From Trypanosoma brucei (lineage: Eukaryota), in NCBI GenBank assembly GCA_000002445.1, contig CH464491.1, positions 3,968,001-4,032,000 on the forward strand: a stretch of DNA of 64,000 nt, written 5' to 3'. Below are positions 33,489-44,149 of the stretch, in pieces. Below the pieces are notes generated by a model, which had not been told where the DNA came from, did not search any database, and worked only from the letters and a program-made list of their open reading frames with translations. How positions within the stretch are numbered: the stretch's first letter is position 1; every line of letters begins with the position of its first letter. The position numbers and the translations under genes were made by a program.

Positions 33489-35354
33489 CTAGCTGTTTCC
33501 CTTTGGATTGAGGACGAGCACCGATAAACATTTCTTCTTCAGCACTCCGCTTGCAGGAACCATACCGTTCATTAGCGCCTGTATTTCTTTTTTTAATTCC
33601 AACAAGGTGCTCGGCAGTATTCGGTGGTTTACCGTAGAAATGTAAAAGAGTATTAGAGCAACACGCTCAATGAGGAACGGGTCAACGACCAACTGCTGTC
33701 TAACTAATCGTTTGTAGAGAGTTGCTGACTCTCGCTTCATGACATGATCTCGCTCATCAACAGGGAGTTGAGGTACTTTAACAAGCATAATTCTGTTTAT
33801 GTCCCTGCAGATTGGCACGTATTGATCCCGCAGGGACGCCAATTGTTTCCGGTACTCGGGCCGCAAACAGCGTACCAAACCGATGCTCGGCTCCCAACCC
33901 GGAACAGGCCGACCAAAGAACCCGAATTTCTCTTCTCCCTGCAAAATCTCCCTTTCGTAGTCCCGAAAGTCCTCCAGTAATCTTGCAATCTGCTCGTCCC
34001 TGCACACAGCACCAGATGAAAAAGCAGGGTGATACGAAAAATGCACCTCATGCTGGAATGCGGGAGGCACTAGTCGTCTATACATGTTAAACTTCTCCGC
34101 CTCCATGTGAAAATGACCCACTATGATTTTCACCACCTGCTCATCCTCCTTCGGGTAACCCTCAACTGCACTCCCAAACCCGCTACTTACGCCAGGGCTC
34201 TCTTCTCCCGAAATCCCGGGTTCACGATGAACTTCAATGAAGTTACCTTGCGAAAAAGTATTGTCGGAACCTAATTCGCCGCACGATAAGGCACCACTTC
34301 CCGGGGAGCACGTGCCGCTCACCTTCAGTTTGGGTGTGTGACGTCTATGGGATCTGTCGGCCAACGCTGATGATGCCCTGAGCAACAAAAAATCCGAAAG
34401 GAAAAACTTTCGTAGCTCTCCTGCAGCCTTGAACCGATGATAATCCCCTATCCCGAGCCCAGGACGCACTACACCAAGTTCGGAGAGGTTGTTGTCAACG
34501 AAGAAAACAACGTCCCACAACCCACTCATTGCAAGTGAACGCACGATATCCATCTTTCGAAATATTGCACCATCTAAAAAAGCGGTGTGTGGTGACGGAA
34601 CAACGAGACTAGACAGACTGGAAAGGGAAATCCCCCACAAAGAAGGCCGGAATGCCAACCACCGTACACAACTTTCGTCTTCCTCCATCGTGTATTGCTC
34701 GGTGGCAGTAAAAAGAGCTTCGATACCCATCGACACTTTCCTTGGGGCATGCGCTGTGGCAATTCGTATGATGGGAACGTCACTGCCATCAAGAGGACTT
34801 TTCTTCACGCTAGTAACAACTAACGGTCGTGAGCAACAACTACCATCGACGCGGCCTTTTTTCGCTTTGACACCTCCCGGTGTGTCACCATGAAATTTTG
34901 CATCTCCCGTAAAGAATGAAGTAAATCGCTGAAGTTTTCCGCCCCTGGGCCCTGGAACAAACAAGTCATCCACACTACCCCGTGTCAACAGTAAATGTCT
35001 TGCTGGGCAGCTACCAAATGTATGAAGGAGATTATCAGTCTCAAACAGCACATGCTGACGACTGCCCTCCCGACCAGATGTCACAAACGTATCGTCTACA
35101 TCCCAAACGCATAAAACACTTGGAGAACGCGAGGCATTACCATGGAATTGTCGTGAAATGGAGGGTGATATGACACCGTTATCCTGTCCAGATTCTGCTT
35201 GTCCACCTTCAACGGCTCCGCTGAAGGACATCATAGTTTTCCGGACATCTGCAAATGACCTCAACTGCACGAGTTCGGTACTGATGGTTACGTAAGGTGG
35301 TGCAACTCCCGATGTAACACGCTCAGATTCCGAGGCCGGAGAAGATGCGATCAT
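33489..35354 (-). CDS. Large hypothetical protein with a HAD-like phosphatase signature (DxDxT)
   Basis: The ORF-track start is TTG inside an A/T homopolymer region. The candidate ATGs are 35382-35384, 35352-35354 (MIASSPASESER…) and 35232-35234, and a polypyrimidine tract plus AG lies between the first two. 'SVLCVWDVDDTFVTSG' is HAD motif I (hhhhDhDxT), and a downstream '…WDVVFFVDNNLSE…' is a possible motif IV. The rest is unrecognised. The start is uncertain to within ±120 nt. Confidence 0.5.
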   Translation of the reverse strand: MIASSPASESERVTSGVAPPYVTISTELVQLRSFADVRKTMMSFSGAVEGGQAESGQDNGVISPSISRQFHGNASRSPSVLCVWDVDDTFVTSGREGSRQHVLFETDNLLHTFGSCPARHLLLTRGSVDDLFVPGPRGGKLQRFTSFFTGDAKFHGDTPGGVKAKKGRVDGSCCSRPLVVTSVKKSPLDGSDVPIIRIATAHAPRKVSMGIEALFTATEQYTMEEDESCVRWLAFRPSLWGISLSSLSSLVVPSPHTAFLDGAIFRKMDIVRSLAMSGLWDVVFFVDNNLSELGVVRPGLGIGDYHRFKAAGELRKFFLSDFLLLRASSALADRSHRRHTPKLKVSGTCSPGSGALSCGELGSDNTFSQGNFIEVHREPGISGEESPGVSSGFGSAVEGYPKEDEQVVKIIVGHFHMEAEKFNMYRRLVPPAFQHEVHFSYHPAFSSGAVCRDEQIARLLEDFRDYEREILQGEEKFGFFGRPVPGWEPSIGLVRCLRPEYRKQLASLRDQYVPICRDINRIMLVKVPQLPVDERDHVMKRESATLYKRLVRQQLVVDPFLIERVALILFYISTVNHRILPSTLLELKKEIQALMNGMVPASGVLKKKCLSVLVLNPKGNS

Positions 35355-36786
35355 GAAGATGTCTTCGCTAAAGAGATATAACATAAAAAGAAAATGTAGA
35401 GTATACCCATTTCCCAACAAAGGGTTTGAGTGCTTGTCATCGAAAGATTTAATTGTTGGGTGGCGGGAATATCTTAAGAGACAGGACACAAGTTTCTCCA
35501 ACTTGGAAAGTGGAGGTCGTGCAGTAGCGGCAAAAAAAAAAAGAAAAAAAGCGACCTGCATATCCACCAACAGTAACGACGGAGCTTCACAAGATAAACA
35601 GTTAAACACAACAAAAAGCAACCTCAAAAAAAAAAAAATAAAAAACAAAATAAAAAAAAGGCATGCGCCAACAAGAAAACAAAGTGAGACTTGTGTGAGA
35701 CGAGCAACTCCTCTTTAGTGAGCACATGGCAGCTGTCCACTTCGTGCAACGCCAAAGGTGGTACAGACTGAAAAAGCGCGGTGGTGAAAACCTGATAGCG
35801 TAGCCACAGGACAACGGCACACAGTTAGTGCCCCTCACACCATTTTAACACATCCGCCAAACACTCATCAAATATTCACATCCTCAACGGGGCCACCGGA
35901 ACCGCCAACGGATTGCACGAAACTCACAGACGACACCGTATGCCGCGCACCACTGGAAAAAAAAAAGGCATATCAAGGTCTCTATCTTCCCTGAAAGCAT
36001 ACGCCCAGTTTAACAATTCACACACTCACTTGCATCACACACAAGCTCCTACTCTTCTTTTTTTTCTTTTTCTTTTTTTTTTTTGCTATCCCCTTCACCC
36101 GCCATACGCATAGAGACAACTTCACACAGTTGATTCAAGTGATTTCAAAGGTTTCATCACAACACAACCACACACGCACGTAACATTTGTTGCGGTGCAT
36201 GAGCGAAAGTGACAAAAAAGCATTACCACTGAGAACCCACATTAAGTGAGAGGAACTATTTGTATTAAAGAGGAAGGAAGGGACTGGCGAGTGGAAACAA
36301 AAAAAGAAAAAAAAAAAGAAGCGCACGACCACTGAATGGAAGGCAAACACAACCCGGAGTGAATAAATGTTATCATCCCTCGCTCATGGTTTAATAGTCC
36401 ATCGAGTATTCTCATATGACACAGAAATACGTCCGACTACAAACCACAAGATAGAGATTTTAAACATACAGTAACAAAATTGCCAGGCTATGAAATGTAA
36501 AAATATACATATGCACTCAGAAGACGCTAGGTCCTCTACCCCTACTGCGGGGAAAGCAAAGAGAGAAAAAAACACTTTGTTACTCCGTACACAAACTCTA
36601 CTGTCAACTTTGTTCGCACTATCTTACTGTGATGTTTCAGACTAAACAACAACATGATGGGTATTCCCTCCTTAACTCTTCGTACATACTCATTTTGCAC
36701 GTTGGAGGTCCGATTTATTCCCAGTTTTTTTCCAAAAAGGAGTACATCGCAACGGTTTTTTTTTTTTTGGTGGGGTAGGAAAAATG

Positions 36787-39700
36787 TCATTTTGTTTGAT
36801 TTCGTGCATCCACGCCGATGGGGTGTAAACTCATAAGCTTATATAACCACTTGAAGCCACGCTCCATAGCTTGTTGGGTCCACTTATGAGTATCATGGGT
36901 AATGTCCTTTAGCCATGTTCGTCCACGTGAATCCTTCACTCGCTTGCAGAAGGTTTCTTTGCAACTTTCTTCCGCAAGGCTCCGCATTAGCGTTAAGTTC
37001 ATCAGCGCTGTCAACTCTCCTATGTGTTTAATTCCGTCGAGCGCATTACGGCGGACAATGTGAGAAAGAAGTTGGTGCATAATGCCCGCGTACGACCGCA
37101 CTTCGAGAAACCAATCAGCAGTTTGTATAATAAATCTCGTACAGGAATCGTCTTGTTCCCCCTCAGTCTGCACTTCCGGCGCGGGTTCTTCTTTCATAAA
37201 GTATTCAATGCAACCCTCGAGGTCAGAGTCGAATCGGACATAGGAAGGTAGGACATGCTCGGCTAACGTCCGTGTTGTTAAAAGCATACCATAATCGATG
37301 TGGAATATAGCACCACTCGGATGAATCATAACATTCTCACGATGTCGATCACCGATTGCAAATATATAATTCAGCAATATGAAAAACTTTGCGGAGCACA
37401 TGAAACACTCACGGGCAAGAGCAGCTGATTTTTGACTATCGAAGTCTTTAACTATCAAACTATTAGGTTGTCCACACTGATGTCCCGCTCCTCGTACCCT
37501 TTCATGAAGTTGAGGTTCCGACACCGAGTCCCCCAGCTGGCCTTGTGTCTTCTCAAGTGACACAAGGTGCTGAAGCAGGCGACCCTCTTTGTCCTTTCCA
37601 ATCACACGGTGAATTGTCTGCCCGTCCTTTACCACCTCTATCAAACCCGAAGACGGCGAAAGCAAAATAACGCGATACGTGGGAAGGACCACGTTGCCTA
37701 TTTGCTTGTAGAGCACCCACCGCAAAAACCGCGAGGTGACACACATCACTTTATCCTTTTCAAGGTTTTCCCTCTTGACAAGAATACCCCGCGTCACACC
37801 TTCTGCATCAACGAGCGGAATCGAAACAGGCCGTTGACTAGATTCCATTATCTTGATACCCCCCAAGTCGATGTGTGTTATAACCACACTACTGTCAAAC
37901 GGAAACAGCATAGGCGATACGGCACACAGCCCATTGCGTTCCTGCGCAATCCTCGATGAAGTTGACAAACAACCAGAGACGGATTCGCCGGTCGTTTCCG
38001 CCAAACCCCCCATTAGCCCACTGTTCGAGAGCTGAGTAACAAGCGCCCTCTGATACTCCCTGGCATCCCCACCCACCGGGACAAGATTCACCTCAGGTGT
38101 GATCAAGTTTAAAAACTTAAGTGTATTGAGAAATTTCTGATGTGATTCCGGGAATGTGTCAGCGTTTCTTTCAATGACGCGCTCCTGTAGTGTGCGGTAG
38201 CTGAATTCATTGACCCTCATTCGCGCTGACGCCTCTTGACAAATAACGATCGCCAACTGTGGATCGAGCTTCGACAAGGAGAGTAGAACGGACACAACAC
38301 GGGGCTGGCAGCTCTCGAGATCAAAGATATCCAACAGGAGCAACACAACACATTCTCGTATGCACGTATCCAGCGACGTAATCCAATCTCGCAGCAGGTG
38401 CTTTGTCACTATTTTCCGTATTTTTTCCGCTGTTGCATGGCCTTGTGGTGCACGGTGCAAACACTCCAGAATTTTGATACCAAAGAACGGTGGTAGCATC
38501 CGACCGCAAGTGCGTGTGCACAACATATACCAGTGGCTCAATGGCGGCTTCCAATAGAAGTCACGAAGCTGTGGTGACATTGGCGGCGGTGCGGCTCCCT
38601 TTGCCGTTTGCTCGATTGCTGCGCAGGCCTTCTCAACAAGTTCATTGTTCTCCCAGTCAATAGATATGAAGAGAAATATGAGAGGCTCGGGGTGGCCAAC
38701 CAAAAGATTAACGCTACTGGCAAGGATCTGTGCTGTCCGTTTTGGTATCTTCATGTTCCACATGTTCTCGTAGAGAGATGATCTGTAGTCACTGAGGCAC
38801 AACTCGGCTGCAGCCCTCCACTGCTCGTTGACGGTACGTAAGAGTGCGATATCCACGATAGATAGGCCGGCACAAACGAATGTGGTGCAAAGAAATGTGT
38901 GTTTATTTATCATCATTGCTTGATCGTAGCACCTCTTGCATGCGTGACGCATTCTGCCCTCCTCCGGTTGACCAGGCTTACTTAACTTGGCCAATGACTT
39001 GTCTAGCATCCATGACGTGCACTGCTCACACATGCGCCGGCCACAGCAACGGCAGTTACGCGCCCGAACCGCAGCAAACAACAGAGCCGGCCATGAGGAG
39101 AAAGATCTCTTGCACTCTGAGCACGTCTTAGCCGAGTCTTCCCCCTCCCACACAGGGTTCTGGTAAAGGGTGTGGCCTTTTTTTGCGAAGTCCTCCCCAA
39201 GATACGATGCTTCAGTCATAGTCGTCGAACTGGGGTCAATGGATTGCGTCAAATCCCCAACGTGATAAAATTCGGGATAGAAATAGCGATCCTTCTTCAA
39301 CCATGCCACACATGGGAGCTGATGGTTGGATTTGTCAGCTCCCGTGGCTATTAGCACATCTTTTGATGGCTGGAGCGACCGTGGCTGGGGCGAACCCGGT
39401 TCAGCACTGCCACCACCGATTCTAAATGCAGTCATGACCTTCTCCCGGAAAGCTAAGACTTCACATAACTTCTCTTTGCTGTTTAATGACGCAAGCGAAC
39501 GGATATCAGTGTCACAAAACACTTCCTCCTTGTATATTCGACCAAATTCACCACAAAGGACGGCAAACGTTTTTTCCATTTCTAGACGCGCACTTAACTC
39601 TAAAACCTCCATAAATAATTCCCTGTTGCGTGTCAATTCGCACGCATTGTAGCACGATACGGTTCCGTTCCGGGACAATGTTGTCTCGGAAAAAAAAACA

Positions 39701-40128
39701 CAAGCCTGGCTGTCTTCTCTATGTGGTGCCGCGCTCGTGGAAAAAGAAGACAAAACTTCGTCATCTGCTTCCGACATTCTCGACTTAACATCAGCGCGGG
39801 TCTGACGCCGAGCACGGGAGAGTTTTGAACCTCTCAGATCTAACGCTACTATCCTTTTTAACTCCTCTATGGCAACTTGAGAGCCAAATTCAAGCTGTAC
39901 TGGTTGCTTCTGAGATATCAGTCGCTTGAGATAAGCGCTCTCAGCGAAGTCCAGTGCGCAGTGGGTCCCGTCTCCAAGAATCACATCTACCGCAAGCATG
40001 TCGAACTCCTGTGTGGAATCCCGTACTCCATCTGCGTCCCGAGGTAAATCGGCGCCCACACCATCAGTCGGACGGCCCGGCAGTGGCTGCTCATACGAAG
40101 TCACGGAAACTTCCGCCGACTGGGTCAT
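36787..40128 (-). CDS. Phosphatidylinositol 3-/4-kinase family protein with an internal FYVE-like zinc finger
   Basis: The ORF-track start (40269) lies in the 5'UTR polypyrimidine tract. The ATG at 40126-40128 (MTQSAEVSVTSYEQ…) follows the tract and AG dinucleotides. The PI3K/PI4K catalytic loop is 'FAIGDRHRENVMI' (GDRHxxN) and the activation segment 'IFHIDYGMLL' (HIDFG-type). The FYVE-like Cys cluster is 'CSECKRSFSSW…RARNCRCCGRRMCEQCTSW…RHACKRCYD', eight Cys in a C-x2-C…C-x2-CG…C-x2-C…C-x2-C arrangement. Confidence 0.8.
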   Translation of the reverse strand: MTQSAEVSVTSYEQPLPGRPTDGVGADLPRDADGVRDSTQEFDMLAVDVILGDGTHCALDFAESAYLKRLISQKQPVQLEFGSQVAIEELKRIVALDLRGSKLSRARRQTRADVKSRMSEADDEVLSSFSTSAAPHREDSQACVFFSETTLSRNGTVSCYNACELTRNRELFMEVLELSARLEMEKTFAVLCGEFGRIYKEEVFCDTDIRSLASLNSKEKLCEVLAFREKVMTAFRIGGGSAEPGSPQPRSLQPSKDVLIATGADKSNHQLPCVAWLKKDRYFYPEFYHVGDLTQSIDPSSTTMTEASYLGEDFAKKGHTLYQNPVWEGEDSAKTCSECKRSFSSWPALLFAAVRARNCRCCGRRMCEQCTSWMLDKSLAKLSKPGQPEEGRMRHACKRCYDQAMMINKHTFLCTTFVCAGLSIVDIALLRTVNEQWRAAAELCLSDYRSSLYENMWNMKIPKRTAQILASSVNLLVGHPEPLIFLFISIDWENNELVEKACAAIEQTAKGAAPPPMSPQLRDFYWKPPLSHWYMLCTRTCGRMLPPFFGIKILECLHRAPQGHATAEKIRKIVTKHLLRDWITSLDTCIRECVVLLLLDIFDLESCQPRVVSVLLSLSKLDPQLAIVICQEASARMRVNEFSYRTLQERVIERNADTFPESHQKFLNTLKFLNLITPEVNLVPVGGDAREYQRALVTQLSNSGLMGGLAETTGESVSGCLSTSSRIAQERNGLCAVSPMLFPFDSSVVITHIDLGGIKIMESSQRPVSIPLVDAEGVTRGILVKRENLEKDKVMCVTSRFLRWVLYKQIGNVVLPTYRVILLSPSSGLIEVVKDGQTIHRVIGKDKEGRLLQHLVSLEKTQGQLGDSVSEPQLHERVRGAGHQCGQPNSLIVKDFDSQKSAALARECFMCSAKFFILLNYIFAIGDRHRENVMIHPSGAIFHIDYGMLLTTRTLAEHVLPSYVRFDSDLEGCIEYFMKEEPAPEVQTEGEQDDSCTRFIIQTADWFLEVRSYAGIMHQLLSHIVRRNALDGIKHIGELTALMNLTLMRSLAEESCKETFCKRVKDSRGRTWLKDITHDTHKWTQQAMERGFKWLYKLMSLHPIGVDARNQTK

Positions 40129-40134
40129 CAAATC

Positions 40135-40205
40135 TCGGCTGCCTCCACACACCGCGACGAAATTATAGTAAACAGGGGAAAAGAAAAAACAAACGGGGGA
40201 AAAGT
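40135..40205 (-). promoter_or_regulatory. Polypyrimidine tract plus candidate AG splice-acceptor upstream of the PI-kinase CDS
   Basis: On the minus strand, the tract 'ctacttttcccccgtttgttttttcttttcccctgtttac' is followed by 'ggAGgcAGccgAGatttgATG'. This supports the ATG at 40128 and not the ORF-track start at 40269, which lies inside the tract. Confidence 0.45.
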
Positions 40206-40574
40206 AGTTAAACACAGAAAGTATCGCTAGTGATGGGACTCGAATTATCGACAGGGGATATATACACATGTATGAGTTCTAACATGGAGTATGAAAAAAG
40301 AAAAATAACATAGTCCGTGAACGTCAATGGAAAAAAAAAAAGGAAAAAGTCTGGTCCCTTATGCAAACACGTGCCGACGCAAGTCAACCCCCCACCACTC
40401 AACTACAACTCACCGTACGATGTAACAACGCGACCACCTCACAGAAATGCTACAAGAACCAGATTAACTGGGCAGACAACAACTGGAGGTCGGAATCAAC
40501 TTAGGCGAGAACTCCGCTTCGTATGATTTATATTGTTTGCGGGCACCCACTGTATTTCACTGTCAACCACCCCT

Positions 40575-42452
40575 TCACCTTCGCATCGACCAGAAGTAAT
40601 AACTGTCCCACATGACCTCACGGCCTCCAGTTACCTTGTCGTAGATGAAAACCCCAATTCCTGCCAAAATGGAGAGACACAAAAACCCAAAAGTAACGTA
40701 TGTTAAAATTGGAACTGAAGAAGATGTTAATGAAAAAAACGAACACCCCAGTGGATCATCCATCAACTTTCCGCTGTAGATGTAAACAATGGTGAAGACT
40801 ACTTGCACAGCCGCGGCTGGCCAACAAGCAGCCCAGATAACCCTGTGTGCATCGAACACGAGAACTACAACTAACAACACGAAACCAACCACAGTGGCGA
40901 AGGAAGCGGTTGATACAAAGACGACGGTCTCTGTGTGGCACTGACCGATTACCGGAAACGTTAACAGAACGGCGAATAAGCAGCACTCCAAATAACAAGA
41001 AGTAGTTGCAATGAGTATACGGTTCGTGACACTCCTCGGCCTCAGCGAAACCTGCTTCGTGGCTACAACCGCAAAACCGAAGCGGTTACAAGAGAAGTTG
41101 CATATCGCGTTCCGGAGAAACAGGTACGTGGATACACCATACGAGGTATAGTTTGTGATGGCTAAGATTGTGTGCCCAATGAAAGAATCACCGTACGCAT
41201 AGAAAGCTGCGAGGTAATACTGTAAAAGCAGCTGGGGTATGGAAAACAAACAGGTGTGAAGAAGCAAAACATTCGTCAGACCGTTGTATAAATCATACCG
41301 TATAACGAAATACTTAGCCTTGTTCTTTAACAATTCGTACCTTAGCGTGACGTACACGAGCCAGACCTCGAACACGGGGACACACGGAACCACTTTTGTT
41401 GTGTTGTCCGGGTAGTCCCACACGCGATCCTCATAGTCACGTATTCGCCCCTCCTCAGATGTCATCACCGCCACAATACTCACAACGTACCCAACCACAT
41501 AACACACAATTGTCCAACTACTGCATTCAATGTGTCCCACCACCCGCCAATGATAGATAACCCATCCCACACACGCAAGATGCAAAAACACAGCGATCAA
41601 ACCCACCCATGTTAGCGCCATATCCAACACAAAACAAATATGTAAAAAGAACCCCAACAGCCAATTGGGGGGTGGTAGGTTCCGCAAGAGGTGTGGGTTG
41701 TCGTACAGCATTTTCACAAACTCGAGACCCGCGTAGCGGCACGAAAGTGCCTGCTCTTTTGTAAAGGTAGCACTGGGAGCATTGCACAGCACTTTTAGAT
41801 AATCAATGTTTCCTGGGTTAATACGGCCCCCGAAGTTTTCGTCGCCCACCATCAGAGAATCAATCTCCTCTTGGATAATTTGCTGTACACCGACATCATT
41901 CACATCAACACGTCCGGACTTCAATAGCGTCTTCGTAAGATGGCGATCCCCTACTGCAGCCTGCAAAATATCCCCGTTGATTCTGAAATTTTCAGCGTGA
42001 AGCGATGCCTGTATAATACCCATATATGAATCATTTGGTGTCCGCCGATACTGAAGAATTACTTCGCGGAGGTCGACACCTACGTCGTCCGAAGAGCACA
42101 AGGAATTGTCATTGCACAGTAAGGGGGGCCGGGCAGGACCAAATGGATCATGGACCGCTCTATCGTCCCACTGTTCATCGTTAGACGTGGAATCATGGGG
42201 AACTTGCGCAACATTGAAGGGTTCGCTACTCCCCAGGTCCCGCCTTCCAATCAGCGCGGACATTATATAAGATCCTGCGGTGTCAAACAGTCTTCGAAGC
42301 TGTGAGGGACTCCCCGCTTGATCACCAAACGATGGTTGAAGTGGGATAGTGGTCTGACTGTCCTCCATAACCGGCTCCACCCTCGCGATGTGTGAATTCT
42401 GTTCATCGTCAGATGAGTCATAGAAAGCCACATTAAACGGATCCCGTGGCAT
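40575..42452 (-). CDS. Hypothetical polytopic membrane protein (625 aa). It has a ~240-aa N-terminal soluble region followed by at least 8 predicted transmembrane helices.
   Basis: ATG at 42450-42452 (MPRDPFNVAFYDSSDDEQ…). The C-terminal two-thirds is a run of hydrophobic segments (…WLLGFFLHICFVLDMALTWVGLIAVFLHLACVGWVIY…LLTFPVIGQCH…FVLLVVVLVFDAH…). No family recognised. Confidence 0.6.
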   Translation of the reverse strand: MPRDPFNVAFYDSSDDEQNSHIARVEPVMEDSQTTIPLQPSFGDQAGSPSQLRRLFDTAGSYIMSALIGRRDLGSSEPFNVAQVPHDSTSNDEQWDDRAVHDPFGPARPPLLCNDNSLCSSDDVGVDLREVILQYRRTPNDSYMGIIQASLHAENFRINGDILQAAVGDRHLTKTLLKSGRVDVNDVGVQQIIQEEIDSLMVGDENFGGRINPGNIDYLKVLCNAPSATFTKEQALSCRYAGLEFVKMLYDNPHLLRNLPPPNWLLGFFLHICFVLDMALTWVGLIAVFLHLACVGWVIYHWRVVGHIECSSWTIVCYVVGYVVSIVAVMTSEEGRIRDYEDRVWDYPDNTTKVVPCVPVFEVWLVYVTLRYELLKNKAKYFVIRYDLYNGLTNVLLLHTCLFSIPQLLLQYYLAAFYAYGDSFIGHTILAITNYTSYGVSTYLFLRNAICNFSCNRFGFAVVATKQVSLRPRSVTNRILIATTSCYLECCLFAVLLTFPVIGQCHTETVVFVSTASFATVVGFVLLVVVLVFDAHRVIWAACWPAAAVQVVFTIVYIYSGKLMDDPLGCSFFSLTSSSVPILTYVTFGFLCLSILAGIGVFIYDKVTGGREVMWDSYYFWSMRR

Positions 42453-42938
42453 CTACATCCAGGTGGTTGATGCAGTCGCTGCTCCCCCTACCCTAAAATC
42501 GGTACCTAGACGGTAATTTCTTGTCAACGACAGGACCCCACTAAACACCTTCCTCCTCTCTTGGCCCTCTTCTTGTGACAAAAGATTGGAAGAAAGCCTT
42601 CTAACCACAAGCATGACACGAAGTGGGAGAACAAGCAGGAAACGACAACTCTATCGCACATGCAACGGGTACAAAGAATGATGCAACAGGGTGAACGCAA
42701 TAACACGCTCGAGAATGGATGGGCTCCCGAGGTAAACAGAGTAAATTGAAAACAATACGAACATAGTAACAACTGGAAGGAACCCCATATGCACCTCGTG
42801 TTAGAAGTCACAAAAAGCCATGTGACACACAAAAATGAAACTTTACAACTGTGAGCAGTCGCATCGATATCGCCGTCCCATCATCGGAGACGCAGATTAC
42901 AGTCCACGAGGAAAATTATGTGGCACTCAGAAGGGTTC

Positions 42939-43760
42939 CTACTCAAGGTCTGCCGCAAGCTCCAGCAACCGTTCTCTCAGTACACCTATTTGTTGACGTT
43001 GCGAAACGTCGGGAATACGATTGAGATCCTCGTCCGTCATGCTCACGATGCGCTCTACTTCTTCCTCGCTCAGCTTCGATAGGATTTCTATTATCTCATC
43101 ATTCTGCTCCCGCGGTGGCTCTACCTTCTCGCCCTCCCCCTCGGCTGGAGCCGCTGGAACCGGTGCATCCACTCTAATCCCTCCGTGCTGAATGGCCTCT
43201 GGTGGCAACGGTCCGAAAGGAAGCCGACCGGCATGCTGTAAAATCATAACAACAGCCAGTCGCAACGCAGGATTATTTTCCAGCAACTTGCGAGCCTCAT
43301 TCTTACGCTCCAACACCAGAACCCGTAACTGCTCCACGGCCTCATAGGCATCTGACTGTTGCATTCCCTGCAAGCACTCAAAAATGCTAGTATCATCGCG
43401 ACCGAGAACCGGATCGGTGTATCCACGAGGAAATGTCATCCCCCCGCGCGGGGCTGGTTGCTGTTGATGGGAAGCGTTCTGTTGACGTTGCCTCTTGCGG
43501 CCCCGCGTGGCCGCTGCGGACATAACTTTCATTGGTCGACCACCAAAGGATGTCCCGTTGAGGCGAGCAATGGCTTCCTCTGCACTAGTAGAATCCAAGT
43601 ACTCGGCAAAGCCGTAGCGAAAATCTTTCCCCACGGGCGGACCAAGCAACCGGAAGTCCGTTATGTGGCCCACACTTTCAAAGTGCTTACGCAAACTTCG
43701 CTCCTCCACAAAAAGCGGAACATCCGTGAAGAACACACTCGTCGTCTGTGTGGAGGACAT
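42939..43760 (-). CDS. Cleavage stimulation factor 64-kDa subunit-like protein (RRM, hinge and CstF-64 C-terminal domain)
   Basis: ATG at 43758-43760. The N-terminal RRM contains 'VFFTDVPLFVEERSLRKHFESVGHITDFRL…YGFAEYLDSTSAEEAIARLNG'. The hinge-like helical block is '…AYEAVEQLRVLVLERKNEARKLLENNPALRLAVVMILQHAG…'. The C-terminal 'EIIEILSKLSEEEVERIVSMTDEDLNRIPDVSQRQQIGVLRERLLEL' resembles the CstF-64 CTD (…LTPEQIxxLPPEQRQxIxxL…). Confidence 0.65.
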   Translation of the reverse strand: MSSTQTTSVFFTDVPLFVEERSLRKHFESVGHITDFRLLGPPVGKDFRYGFAEYLDSTSAEEAIARLNGTSFGGRPMKVMSAAATRGRKRQRQQNASHQQQPAPRGGMTFPRGYTDPVLGRDDTSIFECLQGMQQSDAYEAVEQLRVLVLERKNEARKLLENNPALRLAVVMILQHAGRLPFGPLPPEAIQHGGIRVDAPVPAAPAEGEGEKVEPPREQNDEIIEILSKLSEEEVERIVSMTDEDLNRIPDVSQRQQIGVLRERLLELAADLE

Positions 43761-44149
43761 GCTCGACAGTTAAAGCACGAAAATATATATATGTATACAA
43801 TCCTCACCCCTGTGCCTTCCTCTTCCTTTTTCTCGGTACTACCTAGTACGGACAACGCGAAACAGAAAAGTCGGTGGAAGGATAGAGCAATGGCACTGAA
43901 GTGGGGGGAAAGTGTAGTGGAAAGCGCAAATGAAAACAGAGCGAAAGAAGTGGCACATTATTTATCAAACAACACTACATACTATGCGTTACGGAAAGCT
44001 CACCACACGTTTTTCACTTACGAAGCGGTATTCCCGCAGTGTGTAACAACGTGGCAGCAAAACAGAAGAAGCCGCGCCGCTTTACCCTCTCACTGACACA
44101 TCTTTATTGACCTTTGTTACCCACACAAGCACCTATGTGCACAAATAAA

